The notes under the pieces: model-generated | The model's input: only the letters and a program-made list of their open reading frames with translations | Told to the model about the DNA's origin: nothing | Database searches by the model: none | Assembly (NCBI GenBank): GCA_963787835.1 | Contig: CAWBEI010000005.1 | Span: forward strand, 32,001 to 96,000 | Source: Ignavibacteriota bacterium | GTDB taxonomy: Bacteria; Bacteroidota; Ignavibacteria; Palsa-1295 | Direction of reading: 5' to 3' | Length of the DNA stretch: 64,000 nucleotides | Part shown: one piece after another, positions 1-9,066 of the stretch | Layout: every line of letters begins with the position of its first letter | Position numbering within the stretch: the first letter of the stretch is position 1 | Made by a program: the position numbers and the translations under genes

Positions 1-1
1 T

Positions 2-427
2 CAAGCGCAGATACCCAATTCCAAGATCCAGATCGCCGGTAAAACTGGAACAGCCCAAAATCCTCACGGAAAACCCCATGCGTGGTTCGATTGTTTTGCA
101 CCATACGACCACCCCAAGATCGCGATCTGTGTTTTAGTGGAGAATGCCGGATTCGGTGGCGACATTTCCGCACCCATTTGCCGAAAACTTGTGAACTTTT
201 ATCTTACTGGGACCCGTGAGGATCCTCCGCCAACTATTTTGCCAAATACCCCTGCGTACGAAGCAATGAAAGCAGATAAATATGGACAGCGACCTACTCC
301 GAACTCAGTAAGCAAGCAACGTACATCCGCCGCTATTCAGAGTTCTCACCCAAGGCAGTACCGGTTATTCGATGCAGCGCAGGGACTGGAGCAATGTGAC
401 CTCCTTGACCCGAAGAAGAAGTTCTAA
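2..427 (+). CDS. mrdA: Penicillin-binding protein 2 (class B PBP), 3' part; 5'-truncated by window
   Basis: Frame +2 from the window start reads ...IAGKTGTAQNPHGKPHAWFDCFAPYDHPKIAICVLVENAGFGG, with the transpeptidase KTG motif and a PBP2-type C-terminus. Confidence 0.8.
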   Translation, partial: QAQIPNSKIQIAGKTGTAQNPHGKPHAWFDCFAPYDHPKIAICVLVENAGFGGDISAPICRKLVNFYLTGTREDPPPTILPNTPAYEAMKADKYGQRPTPNSVSKQRTSAAIQSSHPRQYRLFDAAQGLEQCDLLDPKKKF

Positions 428-430
428 GAC

Positions 431-2689
431 TTGGATTCTTCAAACTTGGGTAAGAAAACAACTCTCCCGAAGACAAATGTGAGCAACGACCCATCGGAGT
501 CCCGGAAGAATATCGAGTTAAGAAATTATCCAAACGGTGGGTATTACCTCTGTTGGTTGGTGTATTTGCTCTATTGTTATGCATCGTTTCATCCAATGGG
601 GCCGGTATGGGGGATTCATTTTATTGCTTATGTTCCTCTGACTCTAAAACTTACACTTCTCGCCGCCGGTGGACTGCTTCTCGTTCCAGGTGTCCAACGT
701 TCTCTTTTTGTTCGAATCACTCATTTGACCGCTCCGTTGAAGGTTGAAAAAAAGGTGAGGATCCTTCCCGTTGTGATCATTGCTGCTGTCTGCTTCATGA
801 TTTTTAGGAGCCTTACCATCGCAACCGACATATACGGAGATGATATTCTTATGCTGAAAGATTATCACAACAACAGCATCTTCGATTGGAACTGGATCGG
901 CGACGTATTTAGCCCTAAGCTGGTTGTCAATAAAGAGGCGCTCACTGTTGCTGTACACCGGATCGTAGCACATCTTTTTTCTATCTCCATTGCATCATCC
1001 TATAAGATCATGAGCGAGTTTTGTGGAGCGCTCTTCATTGGTATCTGGGTCTGGTTCGTTCAAAAGATCACTGTTGATAATAATAAGTCAACCTGGCCGC
1101 TTAGAATAGTCCTTATAGTGCTTGGAATGTTTGCAGGCGGAATTCAGGTGTTTTTTGGCCATGTCGAAAATTATTCCTTTGGTATTCTGACATTCACGTT
1201 CTTTCTTGTTGCACTTTATTTTTTTATTGAGGAGAAGATCGGAACGCTCGCATTTGTCCTCATCTATTTACTTGCGTTCAAGGCGCATATCATTGGAGTT
1301 CTTTTTTCTCCTGCCTTCCTTGTGGCAATTCTATACCGGTATCGGCATAAACTACCGAAGGTTCCATCGCTTTTCCATTGGCGAGCGATGCTTTGGACGG
1401 TCATTCTTCCGGCATTCATGCTTGGAGTCGTGCTTTATATTTTTCTATTCCATTCCTGGGATGAGCCTTACGCCTATACAACGGGGCGACAATTTCAACA
1501 ATCCTTCCTTCCGATCGTTGGACTTCCGCCACCTCTCGACCATTACTCCCTCTTGTCTCCAAATCATATCGCAGATCTGTTCAATCTCATATTAATAGTC
1601 GCTGCACCCATCATCCTGATGTTGGTGAGTATTATGGTCTTTAACCGCAAAGAACTTTCGTGGTCTCAGCCGAACGTGATGATCTTTGGTCTTGCTGCAC
1701 TATTTCCATTTCTCTTTTTCCTTGCGATGAACCCAATGCTTTCACCCATGCGAGATTGGGATGTTTATACGCTCTTGTTCCCGCCGTTACTCTTTTTTCT
1801 ATTCATGTTGCTGACCCAATCTCAACTTCGTGTGTATGGGCACGTATGGCTCGCACATACATTAGTCTTTGGGGTATTATTTACCTCTGTCCTGATAGCA
1901 GTCAATGCTTCGCCAGATGAGCTGCAACTCCGTCTGCAGGATGCTGGAGTTTATACTTATCACACGTATTATGCAGGATCAGATTACATTGAGGCGCGTT
2001 CATTCGAAATTGCGGATACCTCCAAGTACGCTCACGCCCATTTTGCCACTTTAGTTACTGGATTGGCTCTAGAGCCATTTGCAGGAAATAATCCGGAGTT
2101 AGCGGTGATGATGTCTCGTCTGGCAAGTTATTATGCTTCCATCAATGATGGGGATTCGGCTCTTGTTTGGGCTGAAGCAGCATGCAAAACCGATTCAAGG
2201 ATTCACCGGTATTTTCTGGATCTGGCTGGATATTATGTTCAAATGGACCGTCTTGAGGAAGGATCAAAGGTTCTGACGCAATTCTTAAAAAATCGAGAGG
2301 AACGGGATGATACGGATAATTCTTACCTTGACCAAATTGCTGCCACGATGGCTCAATTAGGTGCGCGTTATAGTCGCCAGGGAAAAGATAGCCTGACCAT
2401 TGTTTGGGCTGAGGCTGCAAGAAAAATGGAGCCTCGCACCCTAAGCTACACCACCGATCTTGCAGCATATTACATACAGACAGAACGGCCTCGCCAAGCA
2501 CTTAGTCTTTTACGGACTATTTCTCCAGATTCCGCTTCTATCGATATTCTTAGCATGTCGGGTCTTGCAGCAGCAGATGTATTAGGACCCGATAGTGGGC
2601 TGCCCTATCTATACCGAGCAAAAGAAATGGCACCACATAATGCTACCATAGATTCCATGATTTTGACATTGAAACGGTCTCCTCGTTAA
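431..2689 (+). CDS. Multi-pass membrane protein with C-terminal TPR-like repeats (possible GT-C fold glycosyltransferase)
   Basis: 752-aa ORF with >10 hydrophobic helices, an acidic loop YGDD, FFGHVENY and RDWD motifs, and a repeated helical unit (MSRLASYY..DSALVWAEAA / MAQLGARY..DSLTIVWAEAA). True start uncertain (TTG). Confidence 0.6.
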   Translation: MDSSNLGKKTTLPKTNVSNDPSESRKNIELRNYPNGGYYLCWLVYLLYCYASFHPMGPVWGIHFIAYVPLTLKLTLLAAGGLLLVPGVQRSLFVRITHLTAPLKVEKKVRILPVVIIAAVCFMIFRSLTIATDIYGDDILMLKDYHNNSIFDWNWIGDVFSPKLVVNKEALTVAVHRIVAHLFSISIASSYKIMSEFCGALFIGIWVWFVQKITVDNNKSTWPLRIVLIVLGMFAGGIQVFFGHVENYSFGILTFTFFLVALYFFIEEKIGTLAFVLIYLLAFKAHIIGVLFSPAFLVAILYRYRHKLPKVPSLFHWRAMLWTVILPAFMLGVVLYIFLFHSWDEPYAYTTGRQFQQSFLPIVGLPPPLDHYSLLSPNHIADLFNLILIVAAPIILMLVSIMVFNRKELSWSQPNVMIFGLAALFPFLFFLAMNPMLSPMRDWDVYTLLFPPLLFFLFMLLTQSQLRVYGHVWLAHTLVFGVLFTSVLIAVNASPDELQLRLQDAGVYTYHTYYAGSDYIEARSFEIADTSKYAHAHFATLVTGLALEPFAGNNPELAVMMSRLASYYASINDGDSALVWAEAACKTDSRIHRYFLDLAGYYVQMDRLEEGSKVLTQFLKNREERDDTDNSYLDQIAATMAQLGARYSRQGKDSLTIVWAEAARKMEPRTLSYTTDLAAYYIQTERPRQALSLLRTISPDSASIDILSMSGLAAADVLGPDSGLPYLYRAKEMAPHNATIDSMILTLKRSPR

Positions 2690-2847
2690 GAACCTCATCA
2701 TAAGACCATCCGATTGAGCCCGAGGGTGTGCTATTCAGCATCAATAATATACCATTCGAGGTTTGTTAGTAGTGAACCATCTTAGCCATTGTTCGATTAA
2801 AGTCAGGCATCTTCAAATAGAGAATATTTCATTTAGCAAACCCCATT

Positions 2848-3720
2848 ATGCGACTTCGATCGAAACTATCGATTTACCTATTTAGCTTTCTTCTTTGTCA
2901 GACCGCTTCTGCTCAAACGACTTCGAATGTGCCGCCTGTTGTCCCACACGATACCCTTTGGCATAATGAGCTTGTGGTTGGGATTAATCTTACACAAGTC
3001 AGCTTTACTCATTGGCAGGCTGGTGGTGTGAATGCACTGGCGTATGCGGCTGCTATTACCGGTAAATCGGTGCGAAATGATCCAAGCACGACCTGGACGA
3101 ATACCTATAAATTTGCGTTCGGACAATCGGATAACAATGGTGAGGGCATTCGAACGTCCGATGACGAGATCGCACTGGAATCGCTCCTAACCTTTAAAGT
3201 CGATAGCACGCTCAACCCCTATCTTGACGCTTCGCTATTCACTCAATTTGCTCCTGGCTATCAATATCCCGATAGCGGGGCTGCGCAGGAGGTTTCCAAT
3301 TTCTTCGATCCAGCGTTCATCAAAGAAAGCGCAGGATTTGACTGGTTGGCTTCGAAAGAATTTCAATCGCGGTTAGGGCTTGCGCTCCGAGAGATCATCA
3401 CCGATCATTACAACCAATATGCAAACGATCCCAGCTCTCCTGGGATACATAAAACACGCATTGAGGGTGGTGTCGATTTCGCGAGCCACCTTAAATTAAA
3501 GCTTGACGATAATGTGCTCTTTAATGCCAATCTCGATCTTTTCGATCCTATCCGAACACTCGACCGTGTTGTGGTTCACGCGGATGCCAGCATTGTTGCG
3601 AAGGTCAGTAAATGGTTCTCAGCACAGATCACAGCTTCATTCATCAACGAGCCGGATATTTCTCCTTACACTCAAATTCAGGAAGGAATTTCCGTCGGAA
3701 TCAATTATTCGATTTTTTGA
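2848..3720 (+). CDS. DUF3078 family outer-membrane beta-barrel protein
   Basis: Signal peptide; NLTQVSFTHWQAGG, TQFAPGY and SNFFDPA motifs; terminal Phe. Confidence 0.8.
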   Translation: MRLRSKLSIYLFSFLLCQTASAQTTSNVPPVVPHDTLWHNELVVGINLTQVSFTHWQAGGVNALAYAAAITGKSVRNDPSTTWTNTYKFAFGQSDNNGEGIRTSDDEIALESLLTFKVDSTLNPYLDASLFTQFAPGYQYPDSGAAQEVSNFFDPAFIKESAGFDWLASKEFQSRLGLALREIITDHYNQYANDPSSPGIHKTRIEGGVDFASHLKLKLDDNVLFNANLDLFDPIRTLDRVVVHADASIVAKVSKWFSAQITASFINEPDISPYTQIQEGISVGINYSIF

Positions 3721-3790
3721 TTCAACGCATACTGATTCTTCAAAATAATTTTTAACATCCCATTTAAGCCACCACATTTAAGGAGTAATT

Positions 3791-4198
3791 ATGATAAAGC
3801 AATTCAAGGAATTTCTCACAAAAACAAATGCACTTGCGCTCGCCGTCGGAGTTATTATCGGAGCGGCAACCGGTAAAGTTGTTACCGGTATCGTCAGCGA
3901 TCTTTTAATGCCCCTTATAAGCCTTGTGCTACCCGCCGGCGATTGGCGAGAGAAGGAATTCGTCCTAAAAAGCGTGGTGGATGCTGCCGGTAAGGTGACG
4001 GTCACCTCGATCAAATATGGCGATCTCGTCGGGAACGTCATCGATTTTCTCATTATCTCCTATGTAGTATTCTGGATCGCAAAGGCATTCGTTCCGAAAG
4101 AGGTTGCGCCTGCGCCCATGAAAGAATGCCCCGAATGCCTCGAAAGCATTCCTGCCGCCGCGAAGAAATGCAAGGCGTGTGGGTCGGTGGTGGCCTAG
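3791..4198 (+). CDS. mscL: Large-conductance mechanosensitive channel with C-terminal CxxC..CxxC zinc ribbon
   Basis: FKEFL..N..LAVGVIIGAA..K.V..VSD..MP and YG....VIDFLII motifs; SD-like AAGGAG upstream. Confidence 0.92.
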   Translation: MIKQFKEFLTKTNALALAVGVIIGAATGKVVTGIVSDLLMPLISLVLPAGDWREKEFVLKSVVDAAGKVTVTSIKYGDLVGNVIDFLIISYVVFWIAKAFVPKEVAPAPMKECPECLESIPAAAKKCKACGSVVA

Positions 4199-4259
4199 GT
4201 GATCTATTTATACAGAGGCAAGGCAACTTGCCTGTATCTTCCATTGTTTAATTCTTATA

Positions 4260-4550
4260 ATGGATCTACTTCCAACCATATTAGAAAAACGCAATGAAAT
4301 TGCAGCGATAGCCAGCAAGCATGGGGCAACGAATGTCCGAGTGTTTGGATCCATCGCCCGGCGCGACGCTCAACCAGATAGCGACCTCGATCTTTTAGTG
4401 GATGTCGGTTCACAACATTCGCCGTGGTTTCCCGTTCAATTGATTCATGAGTTGCAAACGCTCCTGAACCGGAATGTCGATATTGTAACCGAGCGATCGC
4501 TCTATCCGAGATTGCGTGAACATGTTCTTCGTGATGCTATTCCATTATGA
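4260..4550 (+). CDS. Minimal nucleotidyltransferase (MNT) antitoxin
   Basis: VFGSIAR..DSDLDLLV motif; ATGA overlap with the downstream HEPN gene. Confidence 0.9.
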   Translation: MDLLPTILEKRNEIAAIASKHGATNVRVFGSIARRDAQPDSDLDLLVDVGSQHSPWFPVQLIHELQTLLNRNVDIVTERSLYPRLREHVLRDAIPL

Positions 4551-4879
4551 AGGACGAGAAGATCCTTCTTGAATTCATTCTTGAAGCGATAGATCGAATT
4601 CTTCGATTCACCGAGGAGGGGGAGACGACTTTCTATCAGGATGTAAAAACTCAGGATGCTGTTCTTCGAAATTTCCAAACCATTGGACAGGCGTCGGATG
4701 ATATTAGTGATGAAACTCAATTAGCACACCCTGAAATAGAATGGGGAGACATTATTGGTTTTCGAAATGTTATCGTGCATGATTATCTTGGTCTTGATTT
4801 GCCGACTGTGTGGTCGATTATAGCTGAGGAATTGCCTCCACTTCGCGAAAAAATCAAAAGGTTAGTTGAAGGAAGATAG
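4547..4879 (+). CDS. HEPN (DUF86/HepT-like) ribonuclease toxin
   Basis: DAVLRNFQTIG, PEIEW and RNVIVHDY (RxxxxH) motifs. Confidence 0.9.
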   Translation: MKDEKILLEFILEAIDRILRFTEEGETTFYQDVKTQDAVLRNFQTIGQASDDISDETQLAHPEIEWGDIIGFRNVIVHDYLGLDLPTVWSIIAEELPPLREKIKRLVEGR

Positions 4880-4953
4880 CTCCTTTGGAGCATTTCCCGG
4901 CTCCATTCTGTTCTCGCCGCCTCACTCGAAAGAAAGTACAGGTTTAGCAAGGC

Positions 4954-6756
4954 GTGGCGCTCGAAAACATTCGAAATTTTTGCATTATTGCCCATATCGA
5001 TCACGGGAAATCGACGCTGGCGGATAAGCTATTGCTGGAAACGCATACGCTCGAAGCCCGCGAGATGACCAATAATCAGATGCTCGACGATATGGCGCTC
5101 GAGCAGGAGCGTGGCATTACGATAAAGCTCCACGCCATCCAAATGAAATATCTGGCGCAGGATGGCAAGGATTACATTTATAACCTGATCGATACTCCTG
5201 GTCACGTCGATTTTACTTACGAAGTAAGCCGAAGCCTCGCCGCGTGTGAGGGCGCGTTGCTTGTTGTTGATGCCACACAGGGCGTGGAGGCGCAAACGAT
5301 AGCAAATCTCTTCTTAGCGATTGATGCTGGGTTGGAGATCATCCCGGTTTTGAACAAAGTTGATTTGCAATCAGCGATGATCGAAGAGGTGAGCCATCAG
5401 ATCATAGATCTCATCGGCTGCAAACGGGAAGATATTATTCTTGCAAGCGCCAAGGCAGGAATTGGTATTAAGGATGTGCTGGAAGCAGTCCGGCTGCGCA
5501 TTCCACATCCGAAAGGTGATGTCGATGCTCCGCTTCGTTGTCTGATCTTCGATTCTGTGTTCGATTCTTATCGCGGCTCCATCGTCTATATGCGCGTCTT
5601 CGATGGGACGATCAAAGAGGGTGCCGAGATCCTTTTTATGGCGACGAAGCAGAAATACCGCGTGGAAGAAGTTGGCACACTAAAAATGCGGCGAGAGAAG
5701 AAGCAACAGCTTTCGGCCGGAGATGTTGGCTATCTCATCGCCGGAGTCAAGGACGTAAAAGATACCCGTGTTGGAGATACGGTCACGCATTTTCGGAATG
5801 GTGCAAGCGAGGCAATTGCGGGGTTCAAGTTATCGAAGCCGATGGTTTTTGCGGGACTCTATCCACAATCGGCAGAAGATTTCACCGAGCTACGGGATTC
5901 ACTTGACAAACTTTCGTTGAATGACTCCTCGCTCATTTATGAGCCAGAGAGTTCCATCGCACTTGGGTTTGGTTTTCGATGCGGATTTCTTGGCTTGCTC
6001 CACATGGAGATCATCCAGGAGCGTCTGGAACGAGAGTTTGGCCAGTCGCTTGTTACGACGGTTCCTAACGTTGAATATCGTGTAACAACGACGCGTGATG
6101 AGGTCGTAGTTGTCGATAATCCATCATCCATGCCCGATCCTGGGAGGATCGAATGGGTGGAAGAACCATATATCAAAGCGCAGATCATCGTACCGAGCGA
6201 ATATGTTGGTGCCATCATGAAGCTCTCGAACGAGCGGCGCGGTATTTACAAGACGACCAGCTATATCGACCCCACCCGAGCCGATATTCACTACGAATTC
6301 CCGCTTTCCGAGATCATTTTCGATTTTTACGATAAGCTGAAATCCATCTCGCGCGGCTATGCTTCTCTGGATTATGAATTTCTGGAATATCGCCGCAGCG
6401 ATCTCGTAAAACTTGATATTTTGCTCAATGGAGACCCCGTTGATGCTTTTTCGACCATTGTTCACCGCGATAAGGCGTATGACTGGGGTAAAAAACTTTG
6501 CTCGAAACTTAGGGAGCTGATTCCACGTCAAATGTTCGAAGTTGCCATTCAGGCAGCTATCGGAGCGAAGATCATTGCCCGCGAAACCGTGAGCGCATTG
6601 CGTAAAGACGTCACCGCAAAGTGCTATGGTGGCGACATTTCTCGCAAACGCAAACTGCTCGAAAAGCAAAAAGAGGGTAAGAAACGAATGAAGCAAGTCG
6701 GACGTATCGAAGTGCCGCAGGAAGCATTCCTCGCCGTATTACAAATCTCGGAATAA
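4954..6756 (+). CDS. lepA: Translation elongation factor 4 (LepA)
   Basis: [56 protein letters not shown]; GTG start. Confidence 0.99.
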   Translation: MALENIRNFCIIAHIDHGKSTLADKLLLETHTLEAREMTNNQMLDDMALEQERGITIKLHAIQMKYLAQDGKDYIYNLIDTPGHVDFTYEVSRSLAACEGALLVVDATQGVEAQTIANLFLAIDAGLEIIPVLNKVDLQSAMIEEVSHQIIDLIGCKREDIILASAKAGIGIKDVLEAVRLRIPHPKGDVDAPLRCLIFDSVFDSYRGSIVYMRVFDGTIKEGAEILFMATKQKYRVEEVGTLKMRREKKQQLSAGDVGYLIAGVKDVKDTRVGDTVTHFRNGASEAIAGFKLSKPMVFAGLYPQSAEDFTELRDSLDKLSLNDSSLIYEPESSIALGFGFRCGFLGLLHMEIIQERLEREFGQSLVTTVPNVEYRVTTTRDEVVVVDNPSSMPDPGRIEWVEEPYIKAQIIVPSEYVGAIMKLSNERRGIYKTTSYIDPTRADIHYEFPLSEIIFDFYDKLKSISRGYASLDYEFLEYRRSDLVKLDILLNGDPVDAFSTIVHRDKAYDWGKKLCSKLRELIPRQMFEVAIQAAIGAKIIARETVSALRKDVTAKCYGGDISRKRKLLEKQKEGKKRMKQVGRIEVPQEAFLAVLQISE

Positions 6757-6765
6757 AGAACATAC

Positions 6766-7842
6766 ATGGCAGATAAGACTACCACGGGCAAGGGAACCCC
6801 TGCTTCCGGCGATGCGAAGCGCAATCGTTCCTATGCTGAAATTCGCGCAGATCGCGATGCCAAGAAGCCTCAGTCCTCTTCGCCGGAAAAGCTGGGATGG
6901 GGTCGAGCTGTCTTTGGCTCAATTCTTTCGTTTCTTAATATCACTAGTATGGGAACCGTGCCAGCACTACCCCCACGAAAGAACGAGAGCTGGATTCGCT
7001 CCCTTATTTACGCGGGTCTGATCGCATTTATCATTCGGACGTTCTTCTTCGAGGCATTCCGTATCCCATCCGGCTCGATGAAGAACACTTTGCTCGTTGG
7101 TGACCATCTTTTCGTCAATAAGATCGGCTATTTTATTGAAACGCCCAAATATATTCCATTCACAGAGACCGAGATTCCGCATCTTCACATCAAGACATGG
7201 AGTGTGAATCGCGGTGATGTCGTGGTGTTTGAATATCCAGGCGATCAGGGTGAGGTGGTTCCGCATGAGAAAAAGGTTAACTATATCAAACGGTGCATTG
7301 GGCTGCCGGGCGATGTGATCCAGATAAAGAACAAGCAGGTCTATGTGAATGGAAGCATATTCCCCAACCCGCCGGAGTCTATTCTTGAATCGGATACAGA
7401 AAAACAAGGGGTAGTCGATCCGAGAATATTTCCTCATGGCGCACAGTGGAATAAAGATAATTATGGGCCGATCAAAATTCCTAAAAGTGGCGATGTCATT
7501 CCAGTAAATAAAGATAATATCGAACAATGGGAAGTATTCATCCAGCGCGAAGGACACAAAGTGGAGCTTGGCATGAACGATCAGATCATGATCGACGGAA
7601 AACCGACAAAGGAGTATAAAGTCCAATGGGATTACCTTTGGATGATGGGTGATAATCGCGACGATTCCGAAGATTCACGGTTCTGGGGATTTGCGCCGAT
7701 GGATAATGTTGTGGGCAGTGGATTTATTATCTATTGGTCATGGTACAATCCGCCGTCTTCCGGCAATGGTGATGGGTACGATCCCGATGAAGTACAAAAG
7801 ACCCATATTCGGTGGGACAGGATGGGCAATTTAATCCATTGA
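6766..7842 (+). CDS. lepB: Signal peptidase I
   Basis: IPSGSM (catalytic Ser), YIKRCIGLPGD (Lys), GDNRDDSEDSRFWG; follows lepA. Confidence 0.97.
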   Translation: MADKTTTGKGTPASGDAKRNRSYAEIRADRDAKKPQSSSPEKLGWGRAVFGSILSFLNITSMGTVPALPPRKNESWIRSLIYAGLIAFIIRTFFFEAFRIPSGSMKNTLLVGDHLFVNKIGYFIETPKYIPFTETEIPHLHIKTWSVNRGDVVVFEYPGDQGEVVPHEKKVNYIKRCIGLPGDVIQIKNKQVYVNGSIFPNPPESILESDTEKQGVVDPRIFPHGAQWNKDNYGPIKIPKSGDVIPVNKDNIEQWEVFIQREGHKVELGMNDQIMIDGKPTKEYKVQWDYLWMMGDNRDDSEDSRFWGFAPMDNVVGSGFIIYWSWYNPPSSGNGDGYDPDEVQKTHIRWDRMGNLIH

Positions 7843-9032
7843 GCGCCGGGGATCTCAGCGCGTATCTGCACATTCCCTTTTGTGAGCGGAAGTGCATTTA
7901 TTGTGACTTTTATTCTATTGAGAATTTATTGCTTCGATCGGAATTTGTCGATCTCATCGTTAAGGAAATTGATCTCAAGCTTGAAGCAAATCCCGAACTT
8001 CGAGGTCGCAATTTAAGAACGATTTTCTTCGGCGGTGGTACTCCATCCCTTCTCGAACCATCGGAGCTTGAAAGGCTAATTGAAAAGCTACAAGATCATT
8101 TTTCCATTGCAAACAATTGCGAGTTTACGCTCGAATGCAATCCAGGAACGGTTACATTAGAAAAACTGAAGGGATATAGATCGCTTGGCGTAAATCGGTT
8201 GAGTTTTGGAGTGCAATCGTTCAATGCGGAAGAACTAAAATTCCTCGGCAGGATCCATGACGCACAACAGGCGCGCGATGCCGTAGCGATTGCACGTCAG
8301 GCGGGATTCGATAATGTTAGTATCGATCTTATCTTTGCGCTCCCCGGGCAAGAGGAATCTTTCCTCCGCCATTCGCTACAAGAGGCGGTCGCGCTCGAAA
8401 CCGATCACATCAGCGCCTATAATCTTATCGTGGAGCGGGGCACGCCGCTCTATCGTCTGGTCAAGCTTGGTACAGTCATTGAACTTGATGCGGATCGTTC
8501 CGCCTCGCTCTTTTCTATCGTGCAGGATACGCTTGCCAATGCAGGATTCGAGCAGTATGAAATATCGAACTATGCAAAAACTCCCGAGAAAAGAGCTAAG
8601 CATAATTTAGTGTATTGGGATGGCTTCAAAGATTACGTAAGCTTCGGCCCATCCGCACACGAGTTTGTTGCTGGTGAGCGGGCTTGGAATGTCTCGTCGC
8701 TCGAAGAGTATGGTGCATCGATCCGAGCGGGAAAACTGCCAGTCATCAATCACGAACGGCTGACGATGGCTGAACGGCGGACGGAAGTCCTCTATTTACA
8801 GTTACGCTCAGTGGGTATTCGGTTGCATGAATTTATGGAAGCCTTCGGAGAAGACCTTGTGTTGAATAACGATGTTCATGCATTTATCGAAGAAGGGTGG
8901 ATGATCGTGAACGACGGAATCATAAAGCTGACGTCGAATGGTTACAGATTCTGCGATGCGATCGTGACTCGATTAATGGAAAACAAAACTCGTGCTGCAA
9001 CGCGGATGGAGATCGCAAATATTATCTCCTAA
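7839..9032 (+). CDS. hemW: Radical SAM heme chaperone HemW (HemN-like)
   Basis: YLHIPFCERKCIYCDF, GGGTPS, YEISNY, HNLVYW. Start taken at the TTG overlapping the lepB stop; ORF is open from 7812. Confidence 0.92.
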   Translation: MSAGDLSAYLHIPFCERKCIYCDFYSIENLLLRSEFVDLIVKEIDLKLEANPELRGRNLRTIFFGGGTPSLLEPSELERLIEKLQDHFSIANNCEFTLECNPGTVTLEKLKGYRSLGVNRLSFGVQSFNAEELKFLGRIHDAQQARDAVAIARQAGFDNVSIDLIFALPGQEESFLRHSLQEAVALETDHISAYNLIVERGTPLYRLVKLGTVIELDADRSASLFSIVQDTLANAGFEQYEISNYAKTPEKRAKHNLVYWDGFKDYVSFGPSAHEFVAGERAWNVSSLEEYGASIRAGKLPVINHERLTMAERRTEVLYLQLRSVGIRLHEFMEAFGEDLVLNNDVHAFIEEGWMIVNDGIIKLTSNGYRFCDAIVTRLMENKTRAATRMEIANIIS

Positions 9033-9066
9033 ATCTCAAAAATCCCATAAATAAAGGTTTAGACCA

